From Dehalococcoidia bacterium (GTDB lineage: Bacteria > Chloroflexota > Dehalococcoidia > GIF9 > AB-539-J10): a stretch of DNA of 38,208 bases. The translations under genes were made by a program, and so were the position numbers. Shown piece after piece: positions 17,979-28,060 of the stretch. Position 1 is the first letter of the stretch. Every line of letters begins with the position of its first letter. The stretch covers positions 1 through 38,208 of the forward strand of contig SOJG01000099.1 of NCBI GenBank assembly GCA_004375885.1, in the 5' to 3' direction. The notes below the pieces were generated by a model. It was not told the DNA's origin, searched no databases, and saw only the letters and a list, made by a program, of their open reading frames with translations.

Positions 17979-20030
17979 TCAGTCGCCCTTGCCCGTCCCT
18001 TTCTCAGCGATGATTTTCTGACTGACATGTGGCGGCACTTCGTCGTAGTGGTCGAATTCCATCACGAAGTCACCGCGCCCTTGTGTCATCGATTTTAGAT
18101 CTATGGCGTAACGAACCAGCTCGGCATAAGGTGCCTGGGCCTCGATAACATTTATGCCATCACCGGGATTCATTCCGAGCACGCGCCCTCTTTTGGTATT
18201 GAGATCGCTAATAATATCCCCGGTATACGTCTCAGGCACGATAATAGTGAGATTCATCACGGGCTCAACCAATGCCGGCTGTCCCTGAGACAATCCCTTT
18301 TTCAAAGCCTGTGCTCCAGCAATCTTAAAAGCGATGTCCGAAGAATCGACTGGATGGAAGCTGCCATCGTAAAGGGTTACTCTCACGTCCACTACGGGAT
18401 AACCAGCCAGGACCCCTTCCTGTTTCGCCTCATTGACTCCCTTCTCCACCGAGGGTATATAGTTCTGGGGTATTGTCCCCCCAACGATCTTCTGAGCAAA
18501 TTCAAATCCCCCACCTCTGGATAGAGGCTCCAACTTCAAAAGGACATGCCCATATTGACCGTGCCCTCCAGTCTGCTTCCTGTGTTTGTGCTCTGCCTTG
18601 GTCGACATCGTGATAGTCTCTTTGTACGGGATCTTCGGCCAATCCAATCTCACCTCTACCCCGAATTTGCGGCGTATTTTCTCCTTGACTATCTCGAGGT
18701 GGCTATCACCAACTCCAGAGATGATGAACTCGTTGGTATCGGCTTCGCGACGTGTCTGGAGAGAAGGGTCTTCCTCACAGATCCTGGGCACAACAGTGCT
18801 CATTTTCTCTAGGTCCGTCTTAGTCAGAGGCTGCATCGCCATGCTGAAGTTCGCTCTTGGAAATTCGATGCCAGCAAATATCACGGGATGCTCGCGAGCA
18901 CAGAGGGTATCACCAGTGGTGGTTAGAGCTAATCTCGCCACCACCCCGATATCTCCGGCAGCGACCTGCGGCACCTGCTGCTGGTTTTTGCCCAGCATGG
19001 TAAACAGTTGGCCAATCCGTTCCATGCTGTTCTTGTTGGCATTCCAGACCTGGGAATTACTGGAAATAAGGCCTGAATAGACCCGAAAATAGCTGAGCTT
19101 ACCAACGTAGGGGTCTGCGCTGGTTTTGAAAACGAGGCCGGAGAAGGGGGACTCCGGACTAGGTTTGACTTCCTCTTGCTCACCGCTGGCCACGTTCTTA
19201 GCTACGAAGACATCCTTTTCTTCTGGCGAAGGCAGGTAGTAGCAGATACCGTTGAGAACTTGCTGTGTGCCGATGCCCTGCAACGCAGAGCCAACAAAAA
19301 CAGGCACTAGCTTGCCGGCAACAGTAGACTTCTTCAGGCCAGCAAGGATTTCCTCGTTGTTTATGGACTCGCCCTCCAGATACTTGTTAAGAAGCTCATC
19401 ATCGGCTTCGGCAGCGGCCTCCACCAGCTTTTCACGGCTAGCTTCTGCTTGGTCCCGAAGCGTTGGAGGTATCTCTGCTTCCCGCGAGTCAGCACCAACA
19501 TAGGCCTTCATGCTCACCAAGTCGACAAGGCCCTGAAAATCGCTTTGCGAGCCTACGGGTAATTGCAGGGGCAAGCATCTGCGCGATAATTTAGCCTGAA
19601 TTCCCTCCAGAGCAGAGAGGAAATCAGCATTGTCACGATCCATCTTATTGACAAATATCAAGCGCGGCAAACCTGCCTTTTCGGCATCGCTCCACATCTG
19701 CTCTGTGCCTACCTCCACACCCGAAGCAGCGCATACTACAACCACTGCTCCCTCGGTCACCCTCAATCCCGATCTAACCTCACCAATGAAATCGGCATAC
19801 CCCGGGGTATCAATGAGATTCATCTTCGTCCCTTGCCATTCGAAGCGCAGCACAGAGAGGTTAATGCCCATATGACGTTCCACCTCGAGCGGCTCATAAT
19901 CCGAGACAGCAGTGCCGTCATCAACTCTCCCCAAACGCTGAGTAGCACCGGAGGCAAACAGCATAGACTCGGCGAGTGAGGTTTTCCCTGCCCCTTGATG
20001 AGAAACCAATACGATGTTTCGGATTTGCAT
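17979..20030 (-). CDS. fusA: Elongation factor G family translational GTPase (stand-alone paralogue, not in an rpsL-rpsG-fusA-tuf context)
   Basis: 683 aa. G1 SHQGAGKTS, G3 DTPGYADF and G4 NKMDR, with domains II-V collinear with EF-G. Confidence 0.88.
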   Translation of the reverse strand: MQIRNIVLVSHQGAGKTSLAESMLFASGATQRLGRVDDGTAVSDYEPLEVERHMGINLSVLRFEWQGTKMNLIDTPGYADFIGEVRSGLRVTEGAVVVVCAASGVEVGTEQMWSDAEKAGLPRLIFVNKMDRDNADFLSALEGIQAKLSRRCLPLQLPVGSQSDFQGLVDLVSMKAYVGADSREAEIPPTLRDQAEASREKLVEAAAEADDELLNKYLEGESINNEEILAGLKKSTVAGKLVPVFVGSALQGIGTQQVLNGICYYLPSPEEKDVFVAKNVASGEQEEVKPSPESPFSGLVFKTSADPYVGKLSYFRVYSGLISSNSQVWNANKNSMERIGQLFTMLGKNQQQVPQVAAGDIGVVARLALTTTGDTLCAREHPVIFAGIEFPRANFSMAMQPLTKTDLEKMSTVVPRICEEDPSLQTRREADTNEFIISGVGDSHLEIVKEKIRRKFGVEVRLDWPKIPYKETITMSTKAEHKHRKQTGGHGQYGHVLLKLEPLSRGGGFEFAQKIVGGTIPQNYIPSVEKGVNEAKQEGVLAGYPVVDVRVTLYDGSFHPVDSSDIAFKIAGAQALKKGLSQGQPALVEPVMNLTIIVPETYTGDIISDLNTKRGRVLGMNPGDGINVIEAQAPYAELVRYAIDLKSMTQGRGDFVMEFDHYDEVPPHVSQKIIAEKGTGKGD

Positions 20031-20038
20031 AGCTCTGC

Positions 20039-20067
20039 ATTATAACTTCGTCCCTGAAGATAAGCAA
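20039..20067 (-). promoter_or_regulatory. Candidate promoter for the EF-G paralogue, implying a leaderless or near-leaderless mRNA
   Basis: On the minus strand: TTGCTT (20067-20062), a 17-nt spacer, then TATAAT (20044-20039). Only 8 nt (gcagagct, no SD) separate the -10 from the ATG at 20030. Confidence 0.4.
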
Positions 20068-20072
20068 CCGCT

Positions 20073-20100
20073 GTTACACTTCGAAACCCAATGCTATAAT
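20073..20100 (+). promoter_or_regulatory. Candidate promoter for gatC-plsY-gatA
   Basis: GTTACA (20073-20078), a 16-nt spacer, then a perfect TATAAT (20095-20100). The ATG is 17 nt downstream with no Shine-Dalgarno. Confidence 0.4.
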
Positions 20101-20117
20101 GTAACCGTCACGTCGAG

Positions 20118-20405
20118 ATGAAACTGAGTCATGAACAGGTGAGGCATATCGCTTGGCTTGCTCGCTTGGGCTTAAGCGAGGAGGACGTGGAGAAATTCAG
20201 TCTCCAGCTATCTAACATTCTAGAGAACATCGAAATACTCAGGCAAGTAGATACAACAGGCGTGCCACCGGCCACTCATAGCATCACGCTACGAAATGTC
20301 TTCAGGAAAGACGATGTAGTTGACTCATATAGCCAAACTCAGATCCTGTCAAACGCACCAGAGCAAGAGGAGAATTGCTTCAAAGTCCAGCCAATACTAG
20401 AGTGA
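20118..20405 (+). CDS. gatC: Asp-tRNA(Asn)/Glu-tRNA(Gln) amidotransferase subunit C
   Basis: 95 aa. The N-terminus VRHIAWLARLGLSEEDVEKF and the length are typical of GatC. It lies upstream of gatA. Confidence 0.9.
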   Translation: MKLSHEQVRHIAWLARLGLSEEDVEKFSLQLSNILENIEILRQVDTTGVPPATHSITLRNVFRKDDVVDSYSQTQILSNAPEQEENCFKVQPILE

Positions 20406-20418
20406 GCTCATCAGGCAG

Positions 20419-21066
20419 ATGATTGACGTAACTATCGGCATCATAAGTGGCTATCTCCTGGGCTCGATTCCTTCAGCATATCTCGCCGGCCGCCTGCGAA
20501 AGGGGATAGATATCCGCAAAGCGGGGAGCCGAAACATGGGCGCCGTGAATGTCTACTACGAGGTCGGGCTAGTAGACGCCGTACTGGTGAGCCTGGCCGA
20601 CCTCAGCAAAGGCGTAGCGGCAATTCTGCTCGTGCGGTCGTTGTCAGGCATCCCTCTCATTGCGGGATTTGATCTGCTTACCGGGCTCACCGGCGCAGCT
20701 GCCGTAGCAGGCCATATGTTCCCGGTCTTCCTCAGATTCCATGGCGGCAAGGGAGGGGCTACCGCCACTGGGGTTCTCCTCTTCCTGATGCCATTGGCAT
20801 TTCCAATTCTCCTCGCCATTTTTGTAATAGCTGTGCTTCTTACTCGTAATCCCACGTTTAGTTATAGCTTGCTGATGATTGCCTTCCCATTCATCGCCTG
20901 GCTTATCTACTTCGAGCGCCACGGCGAACCTTTGATATTCTTCTCCAAAGGCCTGGGGGTATTCCCAGGCACACAATACATACCCAGGCTTAGAGAGATG
21001 CGCAGCAAAACTGGTGGCGACTGGCGTAACGTTATTATGCGTCGCAGCCTCAGAGAAAGACTGTGA
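20419..21066 (+). CDS. plsY: Glycerol-3-phosphate acyltransferase PlsY
   Basis: 215 aa, polytopic. [22 protein letters not shown] and GGKGGAT motifs of PlsY. Confidence 0.85.
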   Translation: MIDVTIGIISGYLLGSIPSAYLAGRLRKGIDIRKAGSRNMGAVNVYYEVGLVDAVLVSLADLSKGVAAILLVRSLSGIPLIAGFDLLTGLTGAAAVAGHMFPVFLRFHGGKGGATATGVLLFLMPLAFPILLAIFVIAVLLTRNPTFSYSLLMIAFPFIAWLIYFERHGEPLIFFSKGLGVFPGTQYIPRLREMRSKTGGDWRNVIMRRSLRERL

Positions 21067-22541
21067 ACATGCAGGCGACGGAACTACACCAGCTAACTAT
21101 CCATGAGGCGCATGAGCTGCTCAAACAAAGGAAAACCTCCTCACTGGAGTTGACGAAGTCTGTGCTGAAGCGCATCAACGATGTAGAGGGCAGGGTTCGC
21201 GCGTGTGTCACCATTGCCGAAGACATAGCTCTCAAGGAAGCAGACAAAGTCGATGCCTACATGAGAGCTGGCCACGAAATCACCCCTTTGACGGGCATCC
21301 CGGCCTTAATCAAGGACGTCATATGCACGAAGGGGATAAAGACAACCTGCAGTTCAAAGATGCTGCAGAATTTCGTCCCCCCCTATGATGCTACGGTAAT
21401 AGAGAAACTGAACGCACAGAAGGCCGTCATAGTGGGGAAAACGAATATGGACGAGTTCGCCATGGGCTCTTCTACGGAGCACTCCGCCTTTTTCGCGACC
21501 CACAATCCCTGGGACCTGAGTCGGGTGCCCGGAGGCAGCAGCGGCGGCTCAGCAGTTGCTGTGTCCACAGATGAGGCTATCTACGCTCTGGGGTCTGACA
21601 CTGGCGGCAGCATCCGTCAACCGGCCGGATTCTGCAGCGTCGTAGCACTCAGACCCACCTACGGTCGGGTCAGCCGGTTCGGTCTGCTCGCCTTTGCCAG
21701 CTCCCTTGACCAGATCGGACCGATGACCAAGGATGTCACTGACTGTGCACTGGTGATGAACGCTATTGCCGGGCACGACCCCAGAGACTCAACCTCAGTG
21801 CCTCATCCTGTGCCGGACTACGCCCAGCACCTGGTTCCCGACATCAAGGGACTGAAGATTGGTATCCCGGGGGAATATCTTGTCGAGGGTATGCAGACCG
21901 AGGTGCGAGCGGCTCTGGAACGAGCCGTAGACAAACTCCAGGAACTAGGTGCAGAAGTAGATTGGGGTGTCTCTTTGCCACATACTAAGTACGCGCTGGC
22001 TGCCTATTACATAATCGCCCCTTCCGAGGCGTCGGCGAACCTGGCCCGCTACGACGGGGTGAAATACGGCTTTTCTGCCGGAAATGCCAGCAATGTGATC
22101 CAGGCAACGGAGAGGACGCGGCAATTCGGTTTCGGCCCTGAGGTCAAAAGGCGCATAATGCTGGGTACCTATGCTTTGTCCGCAGGCTATTACGACGCTT
22201 ACTACGTGAAAGCGCAGCAGGTACGCACCCTTATAAAACAGGAATTTGACCAGGTCCTTCAAAGATATGACGCCCTGGTCACCCCGACCTCGCCGACCGT
22301 GCCCTTCAAGCTGGGCGAAAAGCTGGAAGACCCGATGCAAATGTATCTGAGCGATATATGCACGCTGCCCATAAGCATAGCTGGAATCCCGGCCATCTCG
22401 ATACCCGCCGGTTTTGCTGACAATCTGCCCATAGGCATGCAAATCATAGGCAAGCCTTTCAGCGAAGGAGTGTTGCTGCGCATCGCCTTCGCCTACGAGC
22501 AGGCAACCGATTGGCATAGCAGAAAACCTCCGTTATCATGA
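21063..22541 (+). CDS. gatA: Glutamyl-tRNA(Gln) amidotransferase subunit A
   Basis: 492 aa. Amidase signature [12 protein letters not shown] and catalytic Ser/Lys context. The GTG at 21063 overlaps the plsY stop by 4 nt; an ATG at 21069 is an alternative start. Confidence 0.92.
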   Translation: MNMQATELHQLTIHEAHELLKQRKTSSLELTKSVLKRINDVEGRVRACVTIAEDIALKEADKVDAYMRAGHEITPLTGIPALIKDVICTKGIKTTCSSKMLQNFVPPYDATVIEKLNAQKAVIVGKTNMDEFAMGSSTEHSAFFATHNPWDLSRVPGGSSGGSAVAVSTDEAIYALGSDTGGSIRQPAGFCSVVALRPTYGRVSRFGLLAFASSLDQIGPMTKDVTDCALVMNAIAGHDPRDSTSVPHPVPDYAQHLVPDIKGLKIGIPGEYLVEGMQTEVRAALERAVDKLQELGAEVDWGVSLPHTKYALAAYYIIAPSEASANLARYDGVKYGFSAGNASNVIQATERTRQFGFGPEVKRRIMLGTYALSAGYYDAYYVKAQQVRTLIKQEFDQVLQRYDALVTPTSPTVPFKLGEKLEDPMQMYLSDICTLPISIAGIPAISIPAGFADNLPIGMQIIGKPFSEGVLLRIAFAYEQATDWHSRKPPLS

Positions 22542-22634
22542 AAATAGTGCCAGTGAGGTGATATTCAGGCTATATCTATGCCGAAGCGCCGCAATCTTTT
22601 ATGACTTTCCATATCCTGTGGATTTGGGCGCAAT

Positions 22635-22772
22635 ATGAGTAGCAGGCGGAAGAGAAGGCAATCGGAACGCAGGCTGGCCAAGGCTAGCAGACGTAATCCG
22701 ACTACGATCTGGACTATCGTAATTATCGCCCTGGTGGTTGTAGCGGTCGGCCTGGCCCGAACTTGCAGATAG
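22635..22772 (+). CDS. Possible 45-aa small membrane protein (very basic N-terminus plus one TM helix)
   Basis: MSSRRKRRQSERRLAKASRRNPTTIWTIVIIALVVVAVGLARTCR. The architecture is clean, but there is no convincing RBS and it falls below the ORF-track size cut-off. Confidence 0.25.
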   Translation: MSSRRKRRQSERRLAKASRRNPTTIWTIVIIALVVVAVGLARTCR

Positions 22773-22960
22773 CCTTCCAATAGAAAACAGGCATTGCTGA
22801 CGATGATAAAGCCAGCTGCTCACAACCCACGGTCATCATGAACGGCATATGCAGGCTCGAGAAAATCGACGCCACAAACAGCTTGCCTTCTTACGCCCTC
22901 CGAGACATCAGGGGCCTCCTGCCTGGCGCGAACGAACAGCTCTTCGAAGTAACCCTTCTT

Positions 22961-24124
22961 CTAGATTGCCCTTCCCGACACCCCGATGTTACGGGCAATC
23001 ACGATGCGTAGTATTTCTGACGTTCCCTCGCCGATCTCAAGAATCCTCTGATCCCGATACAATCTCTCGACGTCATAATCCTTCATCAGCCCGTACCCTC
23101 CATGAAGTTGCACGGCGTGATGAACACAGCGGCGCATAACCTCGGAACAGAACAATTTCGCCATCGCCGCCTCCTTAGTGATGGGACGCCCTTTTTCTCG
23201 TAGCCAGCAGGCCTTGTAGAGCAGATTCCTGGCCAGTTCGATCTCTAACGCCATGTCCGCTAGCTTGAAGGCGTTGACTTGAAAGGAAGCGACTGGTCGC
23301 CCGAATTGGATGCGCGAATTCGCGTATTGTAGGGACAACTCGAAAGCCGCCTGAGACCCACCCAATCCCATAGCAGCAATGCTGAGACGTCCATCATCGA
23401 GCGTGGCCAGCATTTGATGAAAGCCATCCCCTTTTGTCCCCAGAAGGTTTTCCTTCGGTACAACGCAATCATCGAAGAAAAGCTCACCGGTGTTGGATGC
23501 TCGCCACATCATCTTGTTCCTCATCTCCTTCGCTGTGAAGCCAGGAGTCCCGCTAGGAACGATAAGACAACTAAGCTCCGGCTTGCCATCCTCACGCTTG
23601 CCAGTGACGGCCTGGACAATAATAACGCCCGTTAGTGAGCAGGCTGAGTTGGTGATGAAGATCTTATGCCCATTGATGGTCCAGTGATCTCCGTCAAGTG
23701 TTGCGGTGGTTCGAGTGCTTCCGGCATCAGAGCCAGCATCAGGCTCCGTGAGACCAAAGGCAGCTAGACACTCACCCGAACAAAGCCTGGGCAGCCATTC
23801 TTGCTTCTGCTTCTCGTCACCGAAGTAGTAGATGGGGCCAATGCCCAGAGAATTTCCGGCCGCAATGGTAGCAGCCTGGGAGGCATCCACCCTGGCCAGC
23901 TCTTCAACCGCGATTGCATACGAGATGTAGCCCATGTTCGATCCACCATACTGCTCCGGAACGAAGCAACCCAGCAAACCCAGATCCGCCATTCTGCGCG
24001 TCAGCTCGGCAGAGAACTCCTCCTTTTCGTCCAGCTCTCGGGCCATGGGGGCAATCTCCCCCTCAGCGAAAGCCCGAACCGACTGCCGCGTTAGATTTTG
24101 TGCCTCACTCAGATCGAAATCCAC
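22961..24124 (-). CDS. Acyl-CoA dehydrogenase (context suggests isovaleryl-CoA dehydrogenase)
   Basis: 387 aa. AFGLTEPDAGSDAGS and C-terminal YRDQRILEIGEGTSEI motifs of the ACAD family. GTG start. It lies in a liu-type cluster. Confidence 0.88.
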   Translation of the reverse strand: MDFDLSEAQNLTRQSVRAFAEGEIAPMARELDEKEEFSAELTRRMADLGLLGCFVPEQYGGSNMGYISYAIAVEELARVDASQAATIAAGNSLGIGPIYYFGDEKQKQEWLPRLCSGECLAAFGLTEPDAGSDAGSTRTTATLDGDHWTINGHKIFITNSACSLTGVIIVQAVTGKREDGKPELSCLIVPSGTPGFTAKEMRNKMMWRASNTGELFFDDCVVPKENLLGTKGDGFHQMLATLDDGRLSIAAMGLGGSQAAFELSLQYANSRIQFGRPVASFQVNAFKLADMALEIELARNLLYKACWLREKGRPITKEAAMAKLFCSEVMRRCVHHAVQLHGGYGLMKDYDVERLYRDQRILEIGEGTSEILRIVIARNIGVSGRAI

Positions 24125-24268
24125 TAGTCATCCTTTCCAGGGATACTCTCTGTTTACAGCGCGCAAGAGATCACCTTCTCGCCCGGAAGTAGCTGGAAGA
24201 CGTACCGTATCCGCGCGATCTGGTTGCTCCCGATTCCCCGGTTCTTGTCATTTCTCAATAACAACAAA

Positions 24269-26233
24269 TCAGGACTCGAGTACCCCTTCTTCGATAAGCT
24301 TCTCATACCAGTCCAGGCATTGCGGATTATGCAGAGCATCCCTGTTCAGAACAGGCCTGTCGTGAACTACGTTTGTGACAGCGCCTTCGACCTTCTTCAT
24401 ATTCAGAGTATATGGGATATCCGGTACCTGGATGATCTTAGCTGGGATATGCCTGGGGGAAGCATTCTCCCGCAGGGTCGTTCTGATCCTGCTCCTCAGC
24501 TCTTCGGTCAGAACGTGGCCGTCGACGAGTTTAACGAATAGAATGATGCGCTGGTCTCCCTTCCAGTTCTGCCCTATGGCCAGGCTGTCAACAACCTCAT
24601 CAAGTTTTTCAACCTGATTGTATATCTCTGCCGTGCCGATACGAACGCCAGATGGTTTTAACACCGAATCAGAGCGTCCGCAGAATGTGAATCCGCCGGT
24701 ATCACTATGATGCATAACATAGTCACCGTGGCGCCAGACGCCGGGGTACACTTCGAAGTAGGCCTCTCTGTATTTCCTACCATCCGGGTCATTCCAGAAA
24801 TAGAGAGGCATGGATGGGGCCGGGGCCTCACAGACGAGTTCGCCCTCACGGTCAACTATCGCCTTACCCGCTTCATCGTAGACGTTCACTTTCATACCTA
24901 GAGCAGCTCCCTGGAGCTCACCGGCATAGACCGGGCTGATGGGATTTCCGGCACAGAAGCAACCGTTGATGTCAGTCCCGCCAGCAATGGAGTTGAACCA
25001 CAAATCCTTTTTGACCTGGCGGTACACATACTCGAACCCGTCAGGTGAGAGAGGCGAGCCGGTCTGAGATATTTCCTGCAGCGATGATAGGTCATAGTCC
25101 TTCCCCGGCTGTACTCCCTCGGTTCTCAGATAGTTAATATAGCTCGCGCTGCAGCCGAACACGGTCACCTTCTCATCTTGAAGCAGTTTCCACATAGCGC
25201 CAGTATCAGGATAGTTAGGACTGCCATCATACAATACCAACGTGTTTCCTACGGCCAAGGAGCTTACCATCCAATTCCACATCATCCAGCTACAGGTCGT
25301 GATGTAGAACAGAACATCTTCTCTTTTGAGGTCAGTGTGGAGGATAAGCTCCTTCAACTGGTTGATAAGGACTCCCCCTGCTCCCTGAACCATACACTTG
25401 GGTTTCCCGGTGGTCCCCGAAGAGAACATGACATATAGGGGATGGTCGAAGGGTAGTTGTTCAAACTGGATTTCAAGTCCGTTTTCCCTGGCCAGGAAAT
25501 CGGCATAATGCACAGACCTGGGAACATGGCTGATGTCTGCTTTCTGTCCTGTGTACGAGGCTACTATGACCCTTTCAATCGAAGGCGTTCTCTTCGCGAT
25601 GCCGACGGCATTCGACAGGGAGTCGCAACGTTTCCCCTTGTAGAAATATCCATCAGCGGTGAACAAGGCTTTTGGCGCTATCTGCCCAAGGCGGTCACTT
25701 GCTGTCTCCGGACCAATGTCCGTGGCACAGGAGGCCCAGGTAGCGCCAGTACTGACAGCGGCAAGCATGGCGATGATTGTCTCCATCATATTGGGCATGT
25801 AAGCTGCCACCCTGTCACCCGGACGAACTCCGATCTGGCGAAGAGACCTCGCCAACCGTGCCACCGTATCGTAGAGCTCCGCGTAGCTCATGCGGGCAGT
25901 TCTTTGCGTTTCTCCTCGGAAGACAAGAGCGGTGCGGTCATCTCTGTACCTGAGTAGATTCTCAGCGAAGTTCAGCCGAGCTCCGGCACACCACTTGGCA
26001 TACGGCATTCTACGTGCGTCACCGATTACAGAATCGTAACCCCTGGAAGCCTTGATTTCAGCGAAGTCCCATACCAGGGCCCAGAAATCAGACATATTAG
26101 TTACGGACCAATCGTAGAGCTCATCGTAACAAGCAAGTCTCAGACCGTATCGTTTGTTGACCAGGGTGATAAACCTGGTCATATTGGAGTTCTTTCTGCG
26201 CTCTTCCGATGGCTGCCAAATGGGTAACTTCAT
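24269..26233 (-). CDS. Acetoacetate--CoA ligase (acetoacetyl-CoA synthetase)
   Basis: The N-terminal PIWQPSEE...YDELYDWSV..FWALVWDF pattern and a length of about 650 aa are typical of AACS. AMP-binding motif SSGTTGKPK. I chose the ATG at 26233 (MKLPIWQPS); the ORF extends to 26266. Confidence 0.85.
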   Translation of the reverse strand: MKLPIWQPSEERRKNSNMTRFITLVNKRYGLRLACYDELYDWSVTNMSDFWALVWDFAEIKASRGYDSVIGDARRMPYAKWCAGARLNFAENLLRYRDDRTALVFRGETQRTARMSYAELYDTVARLARSLRQIGVRPGDRVAAYMPNMMETIIAMLAAVSTGATWASCATDIGPETASDRLGQIAPKALFTADGYFYKGKRCDSLSNAVGIAKRTPSIERVIVASYTGQKADISHVPRSVHYADFLARENGLEIQFEQLPFDHPLYVMFSSGTTGKPKCMVQGAGGVLINQLKELILHTDLKREDVLFYITTCSWMMWNWMVSSLAVGNTLVLYDGSPNYPDTGAMWKLLQDEKVTVFGCSASYINYLRTEGVQPGKDYDLSSLQEISQTGSPLSPDGFEYVYRQVKKDLWFNSIAGGTDINGCFCAGNPISPVYAGELQGAALGMKVNVYDEAGKAIVDREGELVCEAPAPSMPLYFWNDPDGRKYREAYFEVYPGVWRHGDYVMHHSDTGGFTFCGRSDSVLKPSGVRIGTAEIYNQVEKLDEVVDSLAIGQNWKGDQRIILFVKLVDGHVLTEELRSRIRTTLRENASPRHIPAKIIQVPDIPYTLNMKKVEGAVTNVVHDRPVLNRDALHNPQCLDWYEKLIEEGVLES

Positions 26234-26280
26234 GATATCCTCTTCTGAATTTGGGTACTGTCCCATTTATCCTGTTCTTT

Positions 26281-27201
26281 CTAGCTCTTACCTTGCCCAC
26301 TAGCAAGACGCAGGGACGCCCGTAGACACTTGGAGGGGAGGGGATATCCGAGCACCCTTTCCATAAAGCTGGAGGCTTCCACTAATTTGTCGAGGCCGAT
26401 TTTGGTTTCCATGCCCATTCTACTGAGCACATAGACAAGGTCTTCCGTAGCCAGATTCCCGGCAGCGCCCGGGGCAAATGGACACCCGCCTAAGCCCCCC
26501 GCTGAGGTATCAAAGGTAGTAATGCCAAGGTCTAGACCCCGTAGCACGTTGGCCAGGGCTGTGCCCCTAGTATCGTGCATGTGGAGTGCGATGCGCTCAG
26601 CATCAAACCGGGACAAAACTGCCTCTAGCACCTTTTCCACATCGGTGGGTGCCGCCACGCCAATGGTATCGCCGAGGCAGACTGCATAGACGCCCAAGTC
26701 AAACAACCTCCCCGTCAGATCAACTACCTTCCGGACGGACACCGCTCCCTCAAACGGACAGCCAAAGCTAGTGGTAACATATCCCCGCACTGGGATATTG
26801 GACTGTCGGGCCATGTCCATTATTTCCCGGACTTGCTGAAGGTTCTCGGCAATAGAGCCATTGGTGTTTTTGAGGCTGAACGTTTCACTGGCACTGATAA
26901 AGACAGCTACTTCCTTTACCGCAGCCTTGACGGCGCGCTCCATCCCCTTGGCGTTAGGGACGAGTGCCGAGTAGCACACCCCCTCCCTCTGGGCTAGCCT
27001 GGCATAGAGCTCAGCAGAATCAGCCAATTGGGGCACCCAGCGCGGATGCACGAAAGAGGTTACCTCGATGTGAGAGCACCCTGCATCGGCCAGCATCTGG
27101 ATATAAGCAACCTTGTCCTCAGTAGTGATGCTCTCCTTTATGTTCTGGAGCCCATCACGTGGTCCCACTTCCACGATCGTCACATAACTGAAAGATCTCA
27201 T
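26281..27201 (-). CDS. Hydroxymethylglutaryl-CoA lyase
   Basis: VEVGPRDGLQN, HMHDTRGTALAN and GLGGCPFAPGAAGN motifs. The ATG at 27201 gives about 306 aa, which is typical. The ORF extends to 27282, where it would overlap the upstream gene by 22 nt. Confidence 0.88.
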   Translation of the reverse strand: MRSFSYVTIVEVGPRDGLQNIKESITTEDKVAYIQMLADAGCSHIEVTSFVHPRWVPQLADSAELYARLAQREGVCYSALVPNAKGMERAVKAAVKEVAVFISASETFSLKNTNGSIAENLQQVREIMDMARQSNIPVRGYVTTSFGCPFEGAVSVRKVVDLTGRLFDLGVYAVCLGDTIGVAAPTDVEKVLEAVLSRFDAERIALHMHDTRGTALANVLRGLDLGITTFDTSAGGLGGCPFAPGAAGNLATEDLVYVLSRMGMETKIGLDKLVEASSFMERVLGYPLPSKCLRASLRLASGQGKS

Positions 27202-27260
27202 CCTATCCCTGTAAAGAAATCCGGTGGCAATATCAAACCCCCAACCCCTGAGCAGGGCAA

Positions 27261-28049
27261 TCAGTCCCTTGTTTTTATCCAAGCCGGCTTCCGTTTCTCC
27301 AGGAAAGCCCTTATCCCCTCCTGTCCTTCCGCGGAGACCCGGAGCTTTGCAATCAGACGGGTGCTCTGCTCCCTAGCCTCTTCCAGGTCGCTCTCCGCCA
27401 ATATATGTATCCATGCCTTGCATGCCGCTTGTGCGTTCGGACCGCTCTTGAGAATCTCTGCCACACATTGCGCCACTTGATCGTCCAAGGAGTCTGCTCC
27501 CACAACTCGGTGCACCAGACCAATTTCTTTTGCCCGGCAGGCAGAGAAGCGCTCACCTGTCAGAAACAGTTCACGAACATAGCTGAGGCCAATCTTATGC
27601 ACCACATAGGGGGAGATCACCGCCGGAACAAGCCCCAGCCTGATTTCGGTGAAACCAAACTTGGCGTCCATGCTCGCCAGGCTAAGGTCACTAACCGCCA
27701 CTAGGCCGATGCCACCCCCCAGTGCTGCCCCATTTACTTTCGCCACCACCGGCTTGGGGCAAGTATCGATGGTGTAGAACATGCAATCCAATTGTTGGGC
27801 ATCGGCATAGTTCTCCTCCTCCGAGTAGCATGCCATTTTCTTCATCCAATTGAGGTCAGCCCCGGCGCAGAACGAACTACCGGCTCCGGTGAGTATAATC
27901 ACCTGTATTTCGCCATCCTGACTCGCAGCGACAAAGCATCTGATGAGCTCTTCAATCATCCCCTCATTGAACGCATTTCGAACCTCAGGCCGGTTCAGCG
28001 TAACGGTCAGGACTCCATCCGTCCGGTCAATCTGAATGTAGCGATACAT
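27261..28049 (-). CDS. Enoyl-CoA hydratase family; by context, methylglutaconyl-CoA hydratase
   Basis: Crotonase signature ILTGAGSSFCAGADL and LNRPEVRNAFN. I chose the ATG at 28049, preceded by AAGGAGGG; the track's GTG at 28064 is the alternative. Confidence 0.85.
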   Translation of the reverse strand: MYRYIQIDRTDGVLTVTLNRPEVRNAFNEGMIEELIRCFVAASQDGEIQVIILTGAGSSFCAGADLNWMKKMACYSEEENYADAQQLDCMFYTIDTCPKPVVAKVNGAALGGGIGLVAVSDLSLASMDAKFGFTEIRLGLVPAVISPYVVHKIGLSYVRELFLTGERFSACRAKEIGLVHRVVGADSLDDQVAQCVAEILKSGPNAQAACKAWIHILAESDLEEAREQSTRLIAKLRVSAEGQEGIRAFLEKRKPAWIKTRD

Positions 28050-28060
28050 TAGCCCTCCTT

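Noticed and set aside
22820-22960. The reading frame of the acyl-CoA dehydrogenase stays open for 46 codons beyond its TAG stop (KKGYFEELFVRARQEAPDV...), which hints at stop-codon read-through or recoding.
   Set aside because: The ACAD already ends at its normal C-terminus. The extension has no recognisable motif and no internal start, and 46 open codons can occur by chance. There is no supporting signal for recoding.
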